Of a stretch of DNA of 64,000 bases, positions 1 to 10,981 are shown piece by piece (positions within the stretch are counted from its first letter, which is position 1; every line of letters begins with the position of its first letter). Position numbers and translations under genes: made by a program. The notes beneath the pieces are model-generated. The model had not been told where the DNA came from. It ran no database searches and worked only from the letters and a program-made list of their open reading frames with translations. The stretch comes from an uncultured Bacteroidota bacterium (GTDB lineage: Bacteria; CLD3; SB21): the NCBI GenBank assembly GCA_964563165.1, contig CAZLWA010000097.1, forward strand, positions 71,893 to 135,892. The letters are read 5' to 3'.

Positions 1-393
1 TACTTCGATATGCGCTAGTTTTTCGATGGCGCACGCGGCGCCCCAATTGGCATTCATCGAACCCAAATAATCCATGCGGTCCGTGAATGGTACGATTTGC
101 TGGTACGTGCGGTTCTCGGAAATCTTCTCGAACGTACGATGCAAAAAACCCAGATCCGGATCGCATTTTTTTACCACCTCGCCTTCCATCGTCATTATCA
201 GACGCAAAACTCCGTGGGTACTGGGATGCTGCGGACCGACGTTGAGAAGATATTCCTCCGTCTTCTCGTCATCCGGCCGGCCGCGCAAGATTTGTTTTTT
301 GCGCAGCGGCATCTGATCGATCAACGGAATGTCCGCCCGGAATTGTTCGGACTTCAGGTGGGCGGAAGGAGTATGTGATTTTTCGTTGGTCAT
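1..393 (-). CDS. nuoD: NADH-quinone oxidoreductase subunit D (49 kDa subunit), N-terminal 131 codons; the 3' end lies beyond the window start
   Basis: The reverse-strand translation from the ATG at 391-393 reads [18 protein letters not shown]...[17 protein letters not shown]. The GPQHP(S/A)xHGVLRL motif is the NuoD/Nqo4 signature. It lies immediately downstream of nuoC in the same orientation. Confidence 0.85.
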   Translation of the reverse strand, partial: MTNEKSHTPSAHLKSEQFRADIPLIDQMPLRKKQILRGRPDDEKTEEYLLNVGPQHPSTHGVLRLIMTMEGEVVKKCDPDLGFLHRTFEKISENRTYQQIVPFTDRMDYLGSMNANWGAACAIEKLAHIEV

Positions 394-409
394 GATGATG
401 GTTGTGGTC

Positions 410-871
410 TCAGAAATCCGGTTTCTTTACAAAGAATCCGGGACGCGAGTAATCTTTGCGCAATCCATGGCCGATAAAATCAGGCGGAGTCAGGATACGC
501 CGTTGATCGGGATGCCCTTCAAAATTCACACCCATCAAGTCAAATACTTCGCGCTCCGTCCAGTTGGCCGCCGCCCAATAGCGCGTCAGCGACGGAATGG
601 ATGGATTTTGGCGGTCCAATTTCACTTTAACAAGCAGATAATGTTTGTGACGATAGGAATAGAAACCGTAGATCATGTGGATCTGATTCTCACCGGGATG
701 ATCCGAAGCGGTCAGAAGATCGAGAACGTCGATTTTTAATGCAGAGGCAGTCCGGATAAATTCAACAAAGGGAATGAAATCTTCCTTGGCAACGACCAAA
801 TTCTTTTCAAATTCCGTTTCCGTTCGAGGAAATTTTTCCTTAACCAGTTCACCAACCGTCAGAAATGTCAT
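410..871 (-). CDS. nuoC: NADH-quinone oxidoreductase subunit C (30 kDa subunit)
   Basis: The 153 aa ORF has a typical NuoC length and sequence (…[19 protein letters not shown]…[24 protein letters not shown]…). It sits between nuoB and nuoD. Confidence 0.85.
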   Translation of the reverse strand: MTFLTVGELVKEKFPRTETEFEKNLVVAKEDFIPFVEFIRTASALKIDVLDLLTASDHPGENQIHMIYGFYSYRHKHYLLVKVKLDRQNPSIPSLTRYWAAANWTEREVFDLMGVNFEGHPDQRRILTPPDFIGHGLRKDYSRPGFFVKKPDF

Positions 872-900
872 ATCCTGTTTCAGTCCTATTGTGTAATTCC

Positions 901-1434
901 CTATGCCTCATCCACGGTCGTAGGTTTTTTCCTAAGAACGCCTTCTTTCTCAATTTTCTTTTGCAGCTGCATAATGCCGTCGATCAGCGTTTCGGGGCGC
1001 GGCGGACAGCCGGGCAAATACACGTCCACCGGAATGATCTGGTCAACGCCCTTCATCACCGTGTAGGAGTCGTAATAGAACGGGCCGCCGCCGATCGCAC
1101 AGGAACCCATCGCAATCACGTATTTCGGTTCCGGCATTTGATCGTAAAGCAGTTTCACGCGCGGCGCCATTTTTTCCGTAACGGTTCCCGCCACGATCAT
1201 CAAATCCGCCTGCCGCGGCGAAGCACGCATCACTTCCGCGCCAAACCTCGACACGTCGAATTTTGACATCATCGTCGCCATCATTTCTATCGCACAGCAG
1301 GCTAATCCGAATCCCAGCGGCCACAGCGAATTCTTAGTGCCCCAGCTGAAGAATTTATCGATCGAAGTGATAATAATCTCGCCTCCGGGAAATTTTTCTA
1401 TTTTCGGGAAAAGGTCTTCATTGATCACTCCCAT
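901..1434 (-). CDS. nuoB: NADH-quinone oxidoreductase subunit B (20 kDa, Fe-S)
   Basis: Motifs [12 protein letters not shown] and PGCPPRPE are present. The track ORF extends to 1524, but the likely start is the internal Met (MGVINEDLF…) at 1434. That start removes the overlap with nuoA. Confidence 0.85.
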   Translation of the reverse strand: MGVINEDLFPKIEKFPGGEIIITSIDKFFSWGTKNSLWPLGFGLACCAIEMMATMMSKFDVSRFGAEVMRASPRQADLMIVAGTVTEKMAPRVKLLYDQMPEPKYVIAMGSCAIGGGPFYYDSYTVMKGVDQIIPVDVYLPGCPPRPETLIDGIMQLQKKIEKEGVLRKKPTTVDEA

Positions 1435-1784
1435 TCGAGAGCTCCTTTCTTCCAAGCATAAAACAAGCCGATACCCAGAACGGCAGAAAAAAATGTTATT
1501 TCCACGAACGCTACGGCCGGCCAATGATCAAAAACTTTAACGAGCGGAATGAAAAACACCACTTCCACATCGAAGATGACAAACAACAGCGCAAAAAGAT
1601 AGTAACGAATATTGAATTGGAAATAGGAATCCGCCTGAGCCGGCGATTCCCCGCATTCGTACGGCGTCAGTTTCGCTTTCGACGGCCTGCTCGGACGCAG
1701 CGCCCACGAAGTGACCATGCCGCTGAGCACCATCCCGATGCCTCCGGCAATAAAAACCAAAACGTACAGATAATTTTCAGCCAT
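1425..1784 (-). CDS. nuoA: NADH-quinone oxidoreductase subunit A
   Basis: 119 aa with 3 predicted TM helices; it is the first gene of the nuoABCD order on the minus strand. Confidence 0.8.
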   Translation of the reverse strand: MAENYLYVLVFIAGGIGMVLSGMVTSWALRPSRPSKAKLTPYECGESPAQADSYFQFNIRYYLFALLFVIFDVEVVFFIPLVKVFDHWPAVAFVEITFFSAVLGIGLFYAWKKGALEWE

Positions 1785-1862
1785 GTGGAATTTTAATTGA
1801 GAAAACCGTAAACAGACTTTTGAATATAGAAATTAAAATATTCCGATGCAAGAACGGATACG

Positions 1863-2627
1863 TTAAAAATGCTTTGACAGCCCGACCCGGATTTCATAAT
1901 CACGGGCTCCTGCCGCCCATAGATTCGGAATGACGTCGACGTGAAACCCGTAAGTATGATTTTTTTGGTTCTCTTTGTACACGCGGGCCGTATTGATCGC
2001 GCTCAAAATGTGATTGATAAAGATCCCGTAATACAGATACTGTGCGTAGCGTTCATGCTGGCGGCTGGAAATCCTCATGCGTTCGTATTGATTCTGATGC
2101 GACGCTCCGTCCCACCTCCAATACGTGTTCTGCGTTTCGGCATACAGGTTTTCCGTACCCGTCAGCCGCCGCTGCGTTTCGTTATAACTGTAAATGTCGG
2201 AAAATTTTCCAACGTTGATGTAGTACCGGGACGGCTTGGGTGCACGGACATCCACGCCCGCATACTGCGCCGCCAGAGAGCGTGCGTCGCTCTCTACCCA
2301 CCGGCTGTAACTGTGAAAATAAAAATGTCCTGCCCACATCAGGAACTCGGCGCCAAAAAAATATTTTCCCGACCCCCAGGTGTCGAATTTCCCGCCGTTG
2401 AGATACCATTCGCCCAGGCCGGGAACGATCAGTGAAAACAAAACCGCCTTTTTTTTGGACTTGGCAGACACCGGATCTGAAATTTGAAATACGGTCAGTC
2501 CGGCTCCGGCACCTGGAGACAAGGTCTGATCAAAATGAAATTTCGTCTTTTCAAATTTTTTCGGGTGATCCGCCGCCTGAGCCATAGCGGAAACCAGGAA
2601 TAAAACGACCAACGCCCTACGCAACAT
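1863..2627 (-). CDS. hypothetical secreted protein (signal peptide; possible DUF5683-like SLIVPGLG motif)
   Basis: The N-terminus MLRRALVVLFLVSAMAQA is a signal peptide. I recognise no catalytic motif. It is aromatic-rich. Confidence 0.45.
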   Translation of the reverse strand: MLRRALVVLFLVSAMAQAADHPKKFEKTKFHFDQTLSPGAGAGLTVFQISDPVSAKSKKKAVLFSLIVPGLGEWYLNGGKFDTWGSGKYFFGAEFLMWAGHFYFHSYSRWVESDARSLAAQYAGVDVRAPKPSRYYINVGKFSDIYSYNETQRRLTGTENLYAETQNTYWRWDGASHQNQYERMRISSRQHERYAQYLYYGIFINHILSAINTARVYKENQKNHTYGFHVDVIPNLWAAGARDYEIRVGLSKHF

Positions 2628-2682
2628 GAAGACTTCCTTCTAAGTTATAACGCGGCATGCGCGAAATCCTGAAAAAAGACGA

Positions 2683-4113
2683 TCACCCTTCGGTTTCGTT
2701 CCTCGGAAACAGCAGCATGCATCGTGTGCCGTGATGCTCATCCGACACAATACGGATATCGCCGTGATTTTCCTCAACCAATTTTTTTACGATCGCCAAG
2801 CCCAGGCCCGATCCGCGTTCTTTCGTCGTGAAGAACGGGTCGAAAATTTTTTCTTTGATATTTTCTTCAATGCCGGGACCGTTGTCCTCGATGACCAGTT
2901 CTACCCGGTCGTTTCGCCCCTGCGTCGCGACGGCGATCTTTCCGTTACCGTTCAGCGACTGAATGGAGTTTTCGATCAAATTGACCAGGATCTGCCGCAA
3001 ATGGCCGGGGTCGACATAGGTCTGCTTCACGAGAATCGTCGTTTTAAATTCAATGCCTTTCTGCTCGATATCCTGGCTAAAAATCACGCGCACTTCGTCG
3101 ATCAATTTTTCTATGTTGCACATTTCCGGCTGCGGATTCTGCGGCCGCGCAAATTCCAGGAAATCGGTGAGAATTTTCTTCATGACGTCCACTTCGCGGA
3201 TAATTTTCTGAACGTAGTTTTTTTTGTTATCCGTTTCGCTCAGTTCCTTCTTCAATAAATGTGAAAAGATCTCTACTCCGCCCAGCGGATTCCTGAGTTC
3301 GTGCGCCACGCCCGCCAGCATGGTCTTCAAATACTGATCGCGTTTCAAAATATTCTTCCGCATTTTTTCCATGGTCTCACCGAGAAATCCGACTTCATCG
3401 CGGCTTTGGATCTGAATTTCCGTATCGAGCTTTCCCTCGCCGATCTTTTCCGCTTCTACCATCAGTTGCTTGACGGGATTGCTTATCGAGCGCGAAAAGT
3501 AAAATCCGATGAGGATCGAGATAATGACCCCGACCAGCCCTACGGTAAACAAGTGCCATTCGATGCGTTTGATCAGATACAAAAAGGTCGCGCTGCCGTC
3601 CACGGCAATGATGCCGCGCACTTCGTTATTGACGGTGAGCGGAACAAAAGCGGTCTTGTATAATTTGCCGTCATAGGTTTCAAACAACATCGAATGCGAA
3701 GGCAGCCCTTTGAGCGTCCGTTCAAATTCATATTGGTTGAATTTCATGAACGGATATTCATAATTGATTTTCACTCCGTCCTGGGTGTCCAGTAAACTGC
3801 TGCCGCGCAGGTCCATGATAAAAATACGCTCGACGTCCGTCGCATCGCGCAATTCCACCAGTTTTTTCTTGAAACGCCTGTACGTGCGGCGGTTCTCGTC
3901 GCCGGGCGTGAGTTTGGATACCAGTTCCGTATTCACCTGTAAACTGGCGGCCTGCGCCACCGCGAGCAGTTTTTTTCCGAGCTCTTCATCCAAACTGCTT
4001 TCGGTGTACCAATAGTGCAAAAACCCGCTGACGCTGAATATCGCCAGACAAAATACGCTGAATATCAGAATTAATTTATTTTGAATCTTCGAATGGATAC
4101 GGCGAAATTTCAT
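2683..4113 (-). CDS. sensor histidine kinase (two TM helices, periplasmic sensor, HAMP, HisKA, HATPase_c); no adjacent response regulator
   Basis: It has the H-box HELRNPLGGV and the G2 box GSGLGLAIV, plus an N-terminal TM segment and a second TM around residue 190. Confidence 0.8.
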   Translation of the reverse strand: MKFRRIHSKIQNKLILIFSVFCLAIFSVSGFLHYWYTESSLDEELGKKLLAVAQAASLQVNTELVSKLTPGDENRRTYRRFKKKLVELRDATDVERIFIMDLRGSSLLDTQDGVKINYEYPFMKFNQYEFERTLKGLPSHSMLFETYDGKLYKTAFVPLTVNNEVRGIIAVDGSATFLYLIKRIEWHLFTVGLVGVIISILIGFYFSRSISNPVKQLMVEAEKIGEGKLDTEIQIQSRDEVGFLGETMEKMRKNILKRDQYLKTMLAGVAHELRNPLGGVEIFSHLLKKELSETDNKKNYVQKIIREVDVMKKILTDFLEFARPQNPQPEMCNIEKLIDEVRVIFSQDIEQKGIEFKTTILVKQTYVDPGHLRQILVNLIENSIQSLNGNGKIAVATQGRNDRVELVIEDNGPGIEENIKEKIFDPFFTTKERGSGLGLAIVKKLVEENHGDIRIVSDEHHGTRCMLLFPRNETEG

Positions 4114-4200
4114 AAGGCACTCTTCATGGATTCGCTAATATTAGTAGCCCAGAATTAATTTACGAACAATTTGGTCACTATACAAAAGGAATCTAACCCC

Positions 4201-5094
4201 TTATTTCCTCGGATGAAATGTCCTGTGAACCTCTTTCAGATATTCACGGTCGATATGGGTGTATATTTGCGTCGTCGAAATATCCGAATGGCCCAGCAAT
4301 TCCTGCACCACGCGCAGGTCCGCGCCGCCTTCCAGCAAATGCGTCGCAAATGAATGACGAAACGTATGCGGTGTCACTTCCTTTTTGATACCGGCCGACT
4401 CGGTATATTTCTTCAAGATTTTCCAAAAACCCATGCGGCTCATTTTCTTTCCGCGGGAATTGAGAAATAATACGTCGTCTGACTTTTGATTGCCAATGAG
4501 ATGCGGACGGACTTTTTCCTGATACAATACGATCCAATTCATTGCGATCTCTCCGACCGGCACGAGCCGTTCCTTGGATCCTTTTCCGAAAACCCGGATG
4601 AACCCGGCGTCGGAATGAAATGCAATTTGCTTGATCGAAAGCAATTCCGAAATGCGCAGCCCGCATGCATAAAGCAATTCCAGCATCGCGCGATCGCGCA
4701 CGCCGAGATGTTCCAGCGTATCCGGCTGCTCCAAAACCCTTTCCACTTCGGCGATCTCCAAAACCGAAGGCAAGGTCTTCGCCAATTTCGGCAGATCCAC
4801 GTTTTCCGCAGGATCTTCTTCGAGAAGCTCTTCGTTCATCAGATACTTATGGAACGAACGGATCGCCGAAAGATTCCTCGAAATACTCTTGGCCGTTAGA
4901 CCCAGACCGCTCAATAGTTGGATCAGCGCGGAAATATCTTTGTGGGTGATCTGTTTGGGATCGGTGTATTTTTTTTCCGTTTTCAGGAATGTGAGATAAC
5001 GGCGGAGATCATTGCGGTAGGAATCAATAGTATTGGGAGACAGATTTTCTTCGATCGAAAGGTAGTCTAAAAAATTTTCAAGGAGATGCTGCAC
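4201..5094 (-). CDS. xerD: tyrosine site-specific recombinase XerD/XerC family
   Basis: It carries the C-terminal catalytic signature [36 protein letters not shown] and an N-terminal core-binding domain. The length, 297 aa, is typical for XerD. Confidence 0.8.
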   Translation of the reverse strand: MQHLLENFLDYLSIEENLSPNTIDSYRNDLRRYLTFLKTEKKYTDPKQITHKDISALIQLLSGLGLTAKSISRNLSAIRSFHKYLMNEELLEEDPAENVDLPKLAKTLPSVLEIAEVERVLEQPDTLEHLGVRDRAMLELLYACGLRISELLSIKQIAFHSDAGFIRVFGKGSKERLVPVGEIAMNWIVLYQEKVRPHLIGNQKSDDVLFLNSRGKKMSRMGFWKILKKYTESAGIKKEVTPHTFRHSFATHLLEGGADLRVVQELLGHSDISTTQIYTHIDREYLKEVHRTFHPRK

Positions 5095-5118
5095 AAATGG
5101 CCGATCGATTCGATGAGT

Positions 5119-5814
5119 TCACATCTTTTGAAACACAAAATAGAATTTTCGGGTCAAAAGCCCCCGAAGAAATCCCGGAAGCTTCAGCGTAATGGTCTTC
5201 TTCGCAAAAACGCTTAGAAGGAAATTAATTCCAAAACCGGCTGAACTGTGCATTTCGATCTTACATTCAAACCCAGCATGGCGCAGCGCCTGCAGCAAAG
5301 ACCGGTATGTAAAAAATCTATAATGATACCCCTCCGCCCGAATCGGCCGGCCAAACATCATTGGTAACCTATGCCAAATAGAATAGGGATTCGGAGTACT
5401 CAGGACCAAATACCCGTTGGGCTTGAGTATTCTGTATGTTTCTCTTAGAAATAATTCGGCTTTGGGAATATGCTCGATCACTTCCAGCATGAATGCGCCG
5501 TCATACTTCCCGTCCCCGACCTGAGCCAATGGTTCATTGAGGTCCGCAACAAATCCGTTAAAACCGGATTCCTCCAGCCACTTGATGTTGTCGCTGTTGA
5601 TATCGACGCACGTAACGTCATAGCCAAGTTCACGCAGTAATCTTGAAAACTCTCCTCTTCCCGAACCGAATTCAGCAACGCGTTTTTGAGAGGGCCGTAA
5701 AACCCGCAGCATTTTCAACGCATAGCGATATTGCGGACGATCAAAGTTTTCACCCCGCAATTCTCTTTCCATCTCCAGGACCCGGTCGGAAACCGAGACA
5801 TGTTCCGTAACCAA
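5119..5814 (-). CDS. class I SAM-dependent methyltransferase
   Basis: Motif I is VAEFGSGRGEF, with post-I acidic D and a LVLSTPNP-type motif. Confidence 0.65.
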   Translation of the reverse strand: MVTEHVSVSDRVLEMERELRGENFDRPQYRYALKMLRVLRPSQKRVAEFGSGRGEFSRLLRELGYDVTCVDINSDNIKWLEESGFNGFVADLNEPLAQVGDGKYDGAFMLEVIEHIPKAELFLRETYRILKPNGYLVLSTPNPYSIWHRLPMMFGRPIRAEGYHYRFFTYRSLLQALRHAGFECKIEMHSSAGFGINFLLSVFAKKTITLKLPGFLRGLLTRKFYFVFQKM

Positions 5815-5841
5815 TACTGCTCCTTGTGATTCAGTGTATGA

Positions 5842-6954
5842 TTAACTGACGGCGGCCTTGTCGTCAATATAGGAGGATTCAAAGCCGTACGCCTGCAATT
5901 CCGCCAACGCTTCATTTAAGAGTACCACGCGCTCGCGGTACGAAAGAAAAGCGCTTTTGAAACCGTTAATGATGATATTGCAGACATCATCCAGCGTCAG
6001 GTCAAACGTCTTGGCTGCCAGATAAATTTCTTTCGTGACCGAGGTAGCCGACATCAGGCGGTTGTCGGTATTGATCGTTACGCGTAAACCGTAATCGTAG
6101 TAGATCCGCAAAGGATGCGACGCAAAATCTTTCACGGCTTTGGTCTGGACATTGCTCGATAGACAAATCTCCAGCGGAATGCGGTGGTCGTTGACATAAT
6201 TCAGCAGATCGCCGTCTTCGATCAGACGCGTGCCGTGCCCGATGCGGTGCGCGCCGCAATCGTGAATGGCCTGCTTGATGCTGTCCGGGCCGTAGGCTTC
6301 CCCGGCGTGCGCCGTGGTGTTGACGTTATTTTTCAAGATCAACGCGAAAGCTTCCTGATGATCTTTCGCGGGATAACTGTCTTCCTGCCCGGCCAGGTCG
6401 AATGCCATGACTTTCTTGTTTTTGTAGGCTACCGTTAATTCCGCGAGGCGCAGGGACGTTTCCGGGTTGATATTACGCATGCCGCAAATGATAATGCCGG
6501 TTTTGATCTTATAATTGGCTTCCGCGCGCGTGAGTCCGCGAACAACCGCATCCAAAATTTCCGTGATACGCATACCTTTATTGATATGCAGGATCGGGGA
6601 AAACCGCACCTCCAAATAGCGCACGTTTTCTTTAGCGGCATCCTCCGCCAATTCGTACGCAATGCGCTCAATGGCCGGCGTTTCCTGCATCACCGAGAGC
6701 GTCACGGCAAACCCTTTTAGATAATCCACAAGATTTTTTGCTTTATCCCCGACTTCCAAATGTTCGCGCAGCCGGTCGTGATCATCGAACGGTAGTTTCA
6801 CATTTTGTTCTTTGGCCAGTTCCAGCAGCGTTTGGACCCGGCAGCTTCCGTCCAGATGACAATGCAATTCCGTTTTCGGAAGTTTGTGAATCAGTTCTTC
6901 CGTCACGGCGATGGTGTTCAATTGATTTTTTGAATTATCTTTTTTTGTTGCCAT
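5842..6954 (-). CDS. add: adenosine deaminase family protein
   Basis: It has the LPKTELHCHLDGS metal-binding motif, HAGE and a TINTDN(R) C-terminal motif. These are characteristic of adenosine/adenine deaminases. Confidence 0.7.
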   Translation of the reverse strand: MATKKDNSKNQLNTIAVTEELIHKLPKTELHCHLDGSCRVQTLLELAKEQNVKLPFDDHDRLREHLEVGDKAKNLVDYLKGFAVTLSVMQETPAIERIAYELAEDAAKENVRYLEVRFSPILHINKGMRITEILDAVVRGLTRAEANYKIKTGIIICGMRNINPETSLRLAELTVAYKNKKVMAFDLAGQEDSYPAKDHQEAFALILKNNVNTTAHAGEAYGPDSIKQAIHDCGAHRIGHGTRLIEDGDLLNYVNDHRIPLEICLSSNVQTKAVKDFASHPLRIYYDYGLRVTINTDNRLMSATSVTKEIYLAAKTFDLTLDDVCNIIINGFKSAFLSYRERVVLLNEALAELQAYGFESSYIDDKAAVS

Positions 6955-6999
6955 AGGGGTTGTTTCCTTTTCTTCTCCGGCAGGGGAGAAAATTCTTTT

Positions 7000-8217
7000 T
7001 TAGCGGGCCCGCATGGATTCCACGACGAGCCGCGCCGCATCGGAAAGTTCGTTCGCCACTTTCATCGGAATCCCTGAATGACGCAGGATCTCTTTCGCCT
7101 CTTCGGCGTTGGTTCCTTTTAACCGCACAATGAGCGGCACGCGTATTTTTACGTTTTTCGCCGCCTGTACGACGCCGGTGGCAATGCGGTCGCAGCGAAC
7201 GATCCCGCCGAATATATTGATCAAAATGGCTTTGACATTCGGGTCTGACAAAATAATTTTGAATCCATTTTCCACGGTCTGAGGATTGGCTCCGCCGCCC
7301 ACGTCCAAAAAATTGGCCGGTTCCGCGCCGGCCAACTTGATAATATCCATCGTGGCCATGGCCAATCCCGCACCGTTGACCATACAGCCCACGTTGCCGT
7401 CTAATTTCACGTAGTTCAAATTATATTTTGCCGCTTCCACTTCGAGGGGATCCTCTTCGTCTTTGTCGCGCAGGGCGGCTAAATCCGGATGACGGTACAG
7501 CGAATTATCATCCAAATTAATTTTCGCATCCAGTGCCACTACACGTTTGTCCTTGGTAATAGCCAGCGGATTGATTTCAAATAACGACGCGTCCGTGCCG
7601 ACAAAGGCGTCCCAAAGTGCGGCGGTAAATTTTACGAAGTTCTTTTGAATATCGCCATCCAGTCCCAAAGCGAACGCCAACCGCGCTGCTTGAAACGCGC
7701 GAAACCCTACTGCCGGATCCACATATTCCTTGATAATTTTTTCCGGGTGCTCTGCGGCAACTTTTTCAATCTCGACGCCGCCTTCGGTCGAAGCCATGAT
7801 CACGTACTGCGATCTCGTCCGATCCAGGACAACCCCCACATATAATTCGCGTTCGATCTCCAATCCTTCCGCGACCAAAATTTTCTTAATGACTTTTCCG
7901 TTAGGTCCGGTTTGATGCGTCACCAAGACGTTTTTCAGCATTTTTTCGGCGTATTCCCGGACTTTTTCAATGTCCGTCGTGAATTTTACACCGCCGTGCA
8001 GAATGACTTCATTTCGCTCTTTATGATGATAAATAGTGCCTTTCCCGCGTCCTCCGGCATGAATTTGCGCCTTGACAACCCACGCGTTGAAGCCTTGGGC
8101 TTTCAGGGCTTTCGCCGCTTCAACCGCTTCAGTCACCGTGGACGCCGCAATGCCTTCCTGAATGGGCACACCGAATTTTTTCAAAATTTCCTTGCCTTGA
8201 TATTCATGAATATTCAT
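7000..8217 (-). CDS. sucC: succinate--CoA ligase (ADP-forming) beta subunit
   Basis: It starts MNIHEYQGKEILKKFGVP… and has an ATP-grasp N-terminal part. The track ORF has a spurious 16-codon extension, and the likely ATG is at 8215-8217. No sucD is adjacent. Confidence 0.85.
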   Translation of the reverse strand: MNIHEYQGKEILKKFGVPIQEGIAASTVTEAVEAAKALKAQGFNAWVVKAQIHAGGRGKGTIYHHKERNEVILHGGVKFTTDIEKVREYAEKMLKNVLVTHQTGPNGKVIKKILVAEGLEIERELYVGVVLDRTRSQYVIMASTEGGVEIEKVAAEHPEKIIKEYVDPAVGFRAFQAARLAFALGLDGDIQKNFVKFTAALWDAFVGTDASLFEINPLAITKDKRVVALDAKINLDDNSLYRHPDLAALRDKDEEDPLEVEAAKYNLNYVKLDGNVGCMVNGAGLAMATMDIIKLAGAEPANFLDVGGGANPQTVENGFKIILSDPNVKAILINIFGGIVRCDRIATGVVQAAKNVKIRVPLIVRLKGTNAEEAKEILRHSGIPMKVANELSDAARLVVESMRAR

Positions 8218-8433
8218 GCTCGACATCCTCCGCCAGGTGAAACGATCATCATGACCTTTTCGCACGTTCCCAAAAATTTGAAGAATATAACATAAACATA
8301 CGGATTATCAAAATCTTTTTTTACAGTTACCGGATTCACTGTGCGCGTCCGCGCGCATCGGAGGATTCTATGGCAGAACTTAACCAATTTCTTCTCTTGC
8401 ACGTGGTTTTAGTTTTGCGTAATATTCCCCTCG

Positions 8434-9696
8434 TTGAATCACATTGGAGTTATGATCATGGCGCAAAGAATCCAACGGCTTTTAGCCATTGTGGAAATCG
8501 GTAAAATCCTCAACTCGACGCTGCATCTCGATAGAATTCTTGAGATCATCTTAGACACCGCATTAGAGCAATTGAAGGCCCACCGTGGCACGGTCTATTT
8601 AATTGACTACGAGAAGAAAGAACTCTGGTCAAAAGTTCTCAAGGCAGGGACGTTAGTGGAGATACGTCTTCCCATCGGAAAAGGAATCGCCGGGTTTGTT
8701 GCGAAAACAGGAAACAAAATTGTTCTAAAAGACGCGTATCAGGACGCCCGGTTTAATCCGGAAGTGGACCGGGAAACGGGTTATCACACCAAGACCATGC
8801 TCTGCACTCCGATGAACGATCGTAACCAAAAAAGAATCGGGGTATTTCAAATCATCAATAAGAAAAAAGGCTTTTTTAATCAGGACGATATTAAATTCCT
8901 CGATTTGCTTTCTGTGCACGCCAGTATCGCCATCGAAAACGCGCGGCTGTACCAAGAGACCATAGAGATGGAAAGACTGCAAAAAGAACTGGAAGTCGCG
9001 GCCACCATCCAAAAAATGATTCTGCCGAAGGAGATCCCGCAGCCGGAAGGATTTGAAATTACCGGGCTCAACGTTCCAAGTAAACAGGTGGGCGGCGATT
9101 ATTACGATGTGATCGATCTGCCGTTTGGAGAGATCGCGCTGGTGATCGCGGATGTATCGGGCAAAAGCGTTTCGGGCGCTTTGCTGGTTTCCACGCTGCA
9201 AGCTTCCCTGCGCGCATATCTGGAAGGCAGCTTTGAGCTGACCAATCTGGTTGGTAAATTAAACCGGATCATCCTGAACGATTCGACGGCAGAAAAATTT
9301 ATTACATTTTTTATCGCCATTCTCGATCCGCGATCCCGTATTTTAAAAACCGTGAATGCCGGCCACAACGCTCCGCTCCTGGTGCGTAACGGACAGCTCA
9401 TGAAGCTGAGCCAGGGAGGAGTGCCCTTGGGATGCGTCGAATTTGACCGGTACCAAAGCGAACAATATCAGCTGCAGCCGGAGGATCTTCTGGTCATGTT
9501 TACGGACGGAATTACCGAAGCCACCAATCTCAAAGATAAATTGTATGACGACGCACGCCTGGAGAAGCTCGTATTGGCCAATGCCCATCGATCTGCCTCT
9601 GAATTGAAAGATGTCGTCTACGAAGATGTGAAAAATTTTGTGGGCAAGGCAGAACAGTCGGATGACATCACCATGTTGGTTTTGAAAGCGAAATAG
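8434..9696 (+). CDS. GAF-domain PP2C-family (SpoIIE/RsbU-type) Ser/Thr phosphatase
   Basis: An N-terminal GAF domain (…GKGIAGFVAKTGNKIVLKDAYQDARFNPEVD…) is followed by a PP2C domain with GGDYYDV and ADVSGKSVSGALL motifs. The start could be 8434, 8452 or 8458. Confidence 0.75.
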   Translation: MNHIGVMIMAQRIQRLLAIVEIGKILNSTLHLDRILEIILDTALEQLKAHRGTVYLIDYEKKELWSKVLKAGTLVEIRLPIGKGIAGFVAKTGNKIVLKDAYQDARFNPEVDRETGYHTKTMLCTPMNDRNQKRIGVFQIINKKKGFFNQDDIKFLDLLSVHASIAIENARLYQETIEMERLQKELEVAATIQKMILPKEIPQPEGFEITGLNVPSKQVGGDYYDVIDLPFGEIALVIADVSGKSVSGALLVSTLQASLRAYLEGSFELTNLVGKLNRIILNDSTAEKFITFFIAILDPRSRILKTVNAGHNAPLLVRNGQLMKLSQGGVPLGCVEFDRYQSEQYQLQPEDLLVMFTDGITEATNLKDKLYDDARLEKLVLANAHRSASELKDVVYEDVKNFVGKAEQSDDITMLVLKAK

Positions 9697-9806
9697 GCGG
9701 AAAAAACAGGATTTGTTAATGAAAAATGGGTTGCTTTTGATGAACAAATATGCTATTATGCGGTCGGTTCTATTTATCTCAATCACTTTGCAAAGAGAAG
9801 GTCACT

Positions 9807-10886
9807 ATGGTTGCTGAAAGAATTACATTCGTTGATCGGGATCCCATATCTCTGATTGACGAAATGAAACTAAAAGTTGTCGAATATTTCCAGACGAACG
9901 GAAAGTCTCAGAACGCGAATGCCGGAATGATTTTCAAAACCTTCGCCATTTTGACTCTGACGTTCGGCTCGTACGGTCTTATTCTTACGAATTATTTTTC
10001 TCCGTGGGTCATGCTTCTCCTCGCTATTCTTTTCGGCATCGGCATGGCGGGTATCGGGTTTTCGATATCGCATGACGCCTTGCACGGCGCCTATTCATCG
10101 AATTCTACGATCAATCGTATCATCGGTTTCTCTTTCGAACTGCTCGGCGCGAGCGGCTATATGTGGAAACTCACGCACAACGTCATTCATCACACGTACA
10201 CCAATATTCAAGGCATTGACGAGGACCTGGAAGTATCGCCGCTGCTGCGGTTATCTCCGAAATCCGAACACAAATGGTTTCACCGGTACCAGCACTTTTA
10301 TGCCTTGTTGGCTTACAGTTTTGCCACTATTTTTTGGGTGTTTGTTAAGGATTACAAATATTTCTTGCAGCGCGATATCGGACCTTATAAGGATAAAAAA
10401 CACCCGACCTCCGAAGTGGTCATACTCATGATATCAAAAATCGTTTATTACACCTATGCGATCATTATTCCTCTTCTTGTTTTAAACATCACGTGGTGGC
10501 AATTTGCAATTGGCTTTTTAGCAATGCACCTTACGGCAGGAATGATCCTGGGAATTATATTTCAATTGGCGCACGTCGTGGAAGGCACGGAATACCCGAC
10601 CCCGGACTCCGCAGGCGTGATCGACAAAGGATGGATTATTCATGAAATGGAAACGACGTCCGATTTCGCGCGCAATAACAAACTTCTGTCCTGGTACATC
10701 GGCGGCCTCAATTTTCAGATCGAGCATCATCTGTTCCCTAAGGTCTGCAGCGTACACTATCCCGCCATTAGCCGTATCGTTCAGGAAGTTGCCGAAAAAC
10801 ATTCCGTGCGTTACAACCACCATGAGACATTGAGTGAAGCCATTCGCTCGCATTTTAAGATGCTGAGACAATACGCCCGCGGATAA
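9807..10886 (+). CDS. membrane fatty-acid desaturase (three His-box di-iron enzyme)
   Basis: His boxes HDALH, HNVIHH and QIEHHLFP are present with multiple TM helices. The start MVAERITF at 9807 is preceded by an AGAGAAGG ribosome-binding site. Confidence 0.75.
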   Translation: MVAERITFVDRDPISLIDEMKLKVVEYFQTNGKSQNANAGMIFKTFAILTLTFGSYGLILTNYFSPWVMLLLAILFGIGMAGIGFSISHDALHGAYSSNSTINRIIGFSFELLGASGYMWKLTHNVIHHTYTNIQGIDEDLEVSPLLRLSPKSEHKWFHRYQHFYALLAYSFATIFWVFVKDYKYFLQRDIGPYKDKKHPTSEVVILMISKIVYYTYAIIIPLLVLNITWWQFAIGFLAMHLTAGMILGIIFQLAHVVEGTEYPTPDSAGVIDKGWIIHEMETTSDFARNNKLLSWYIGGLNFQIEHHLFPKVCSVHYPAISRIVQEVAEKHSVRYNHHETLSEAIRSHFKMLRQYARG

Positions 10887-10981
10887 GTACGGTTTATTCT
10901 TGATTATATTTATGACCCTCATGCCTGAACGGATGAGGGTTTTTTTATGAATGGAAACGGCAGCGATTATGCAACGGGCTC

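Noticed and set aside
2731-3663. Plus-strand ORFs (175 aa, 120 aa) inside the histidine-kinase gene
   Set aside because: They lie antisense within a well-supported CDS, have no motifs and show low complexity. They are typical shadow ORFs. The same reasoning applies to the other antisense track ORFs: 28218-28913, 38861-39997, 40835-41575, 46415-47074, 60556-61125 and 61813-62325.
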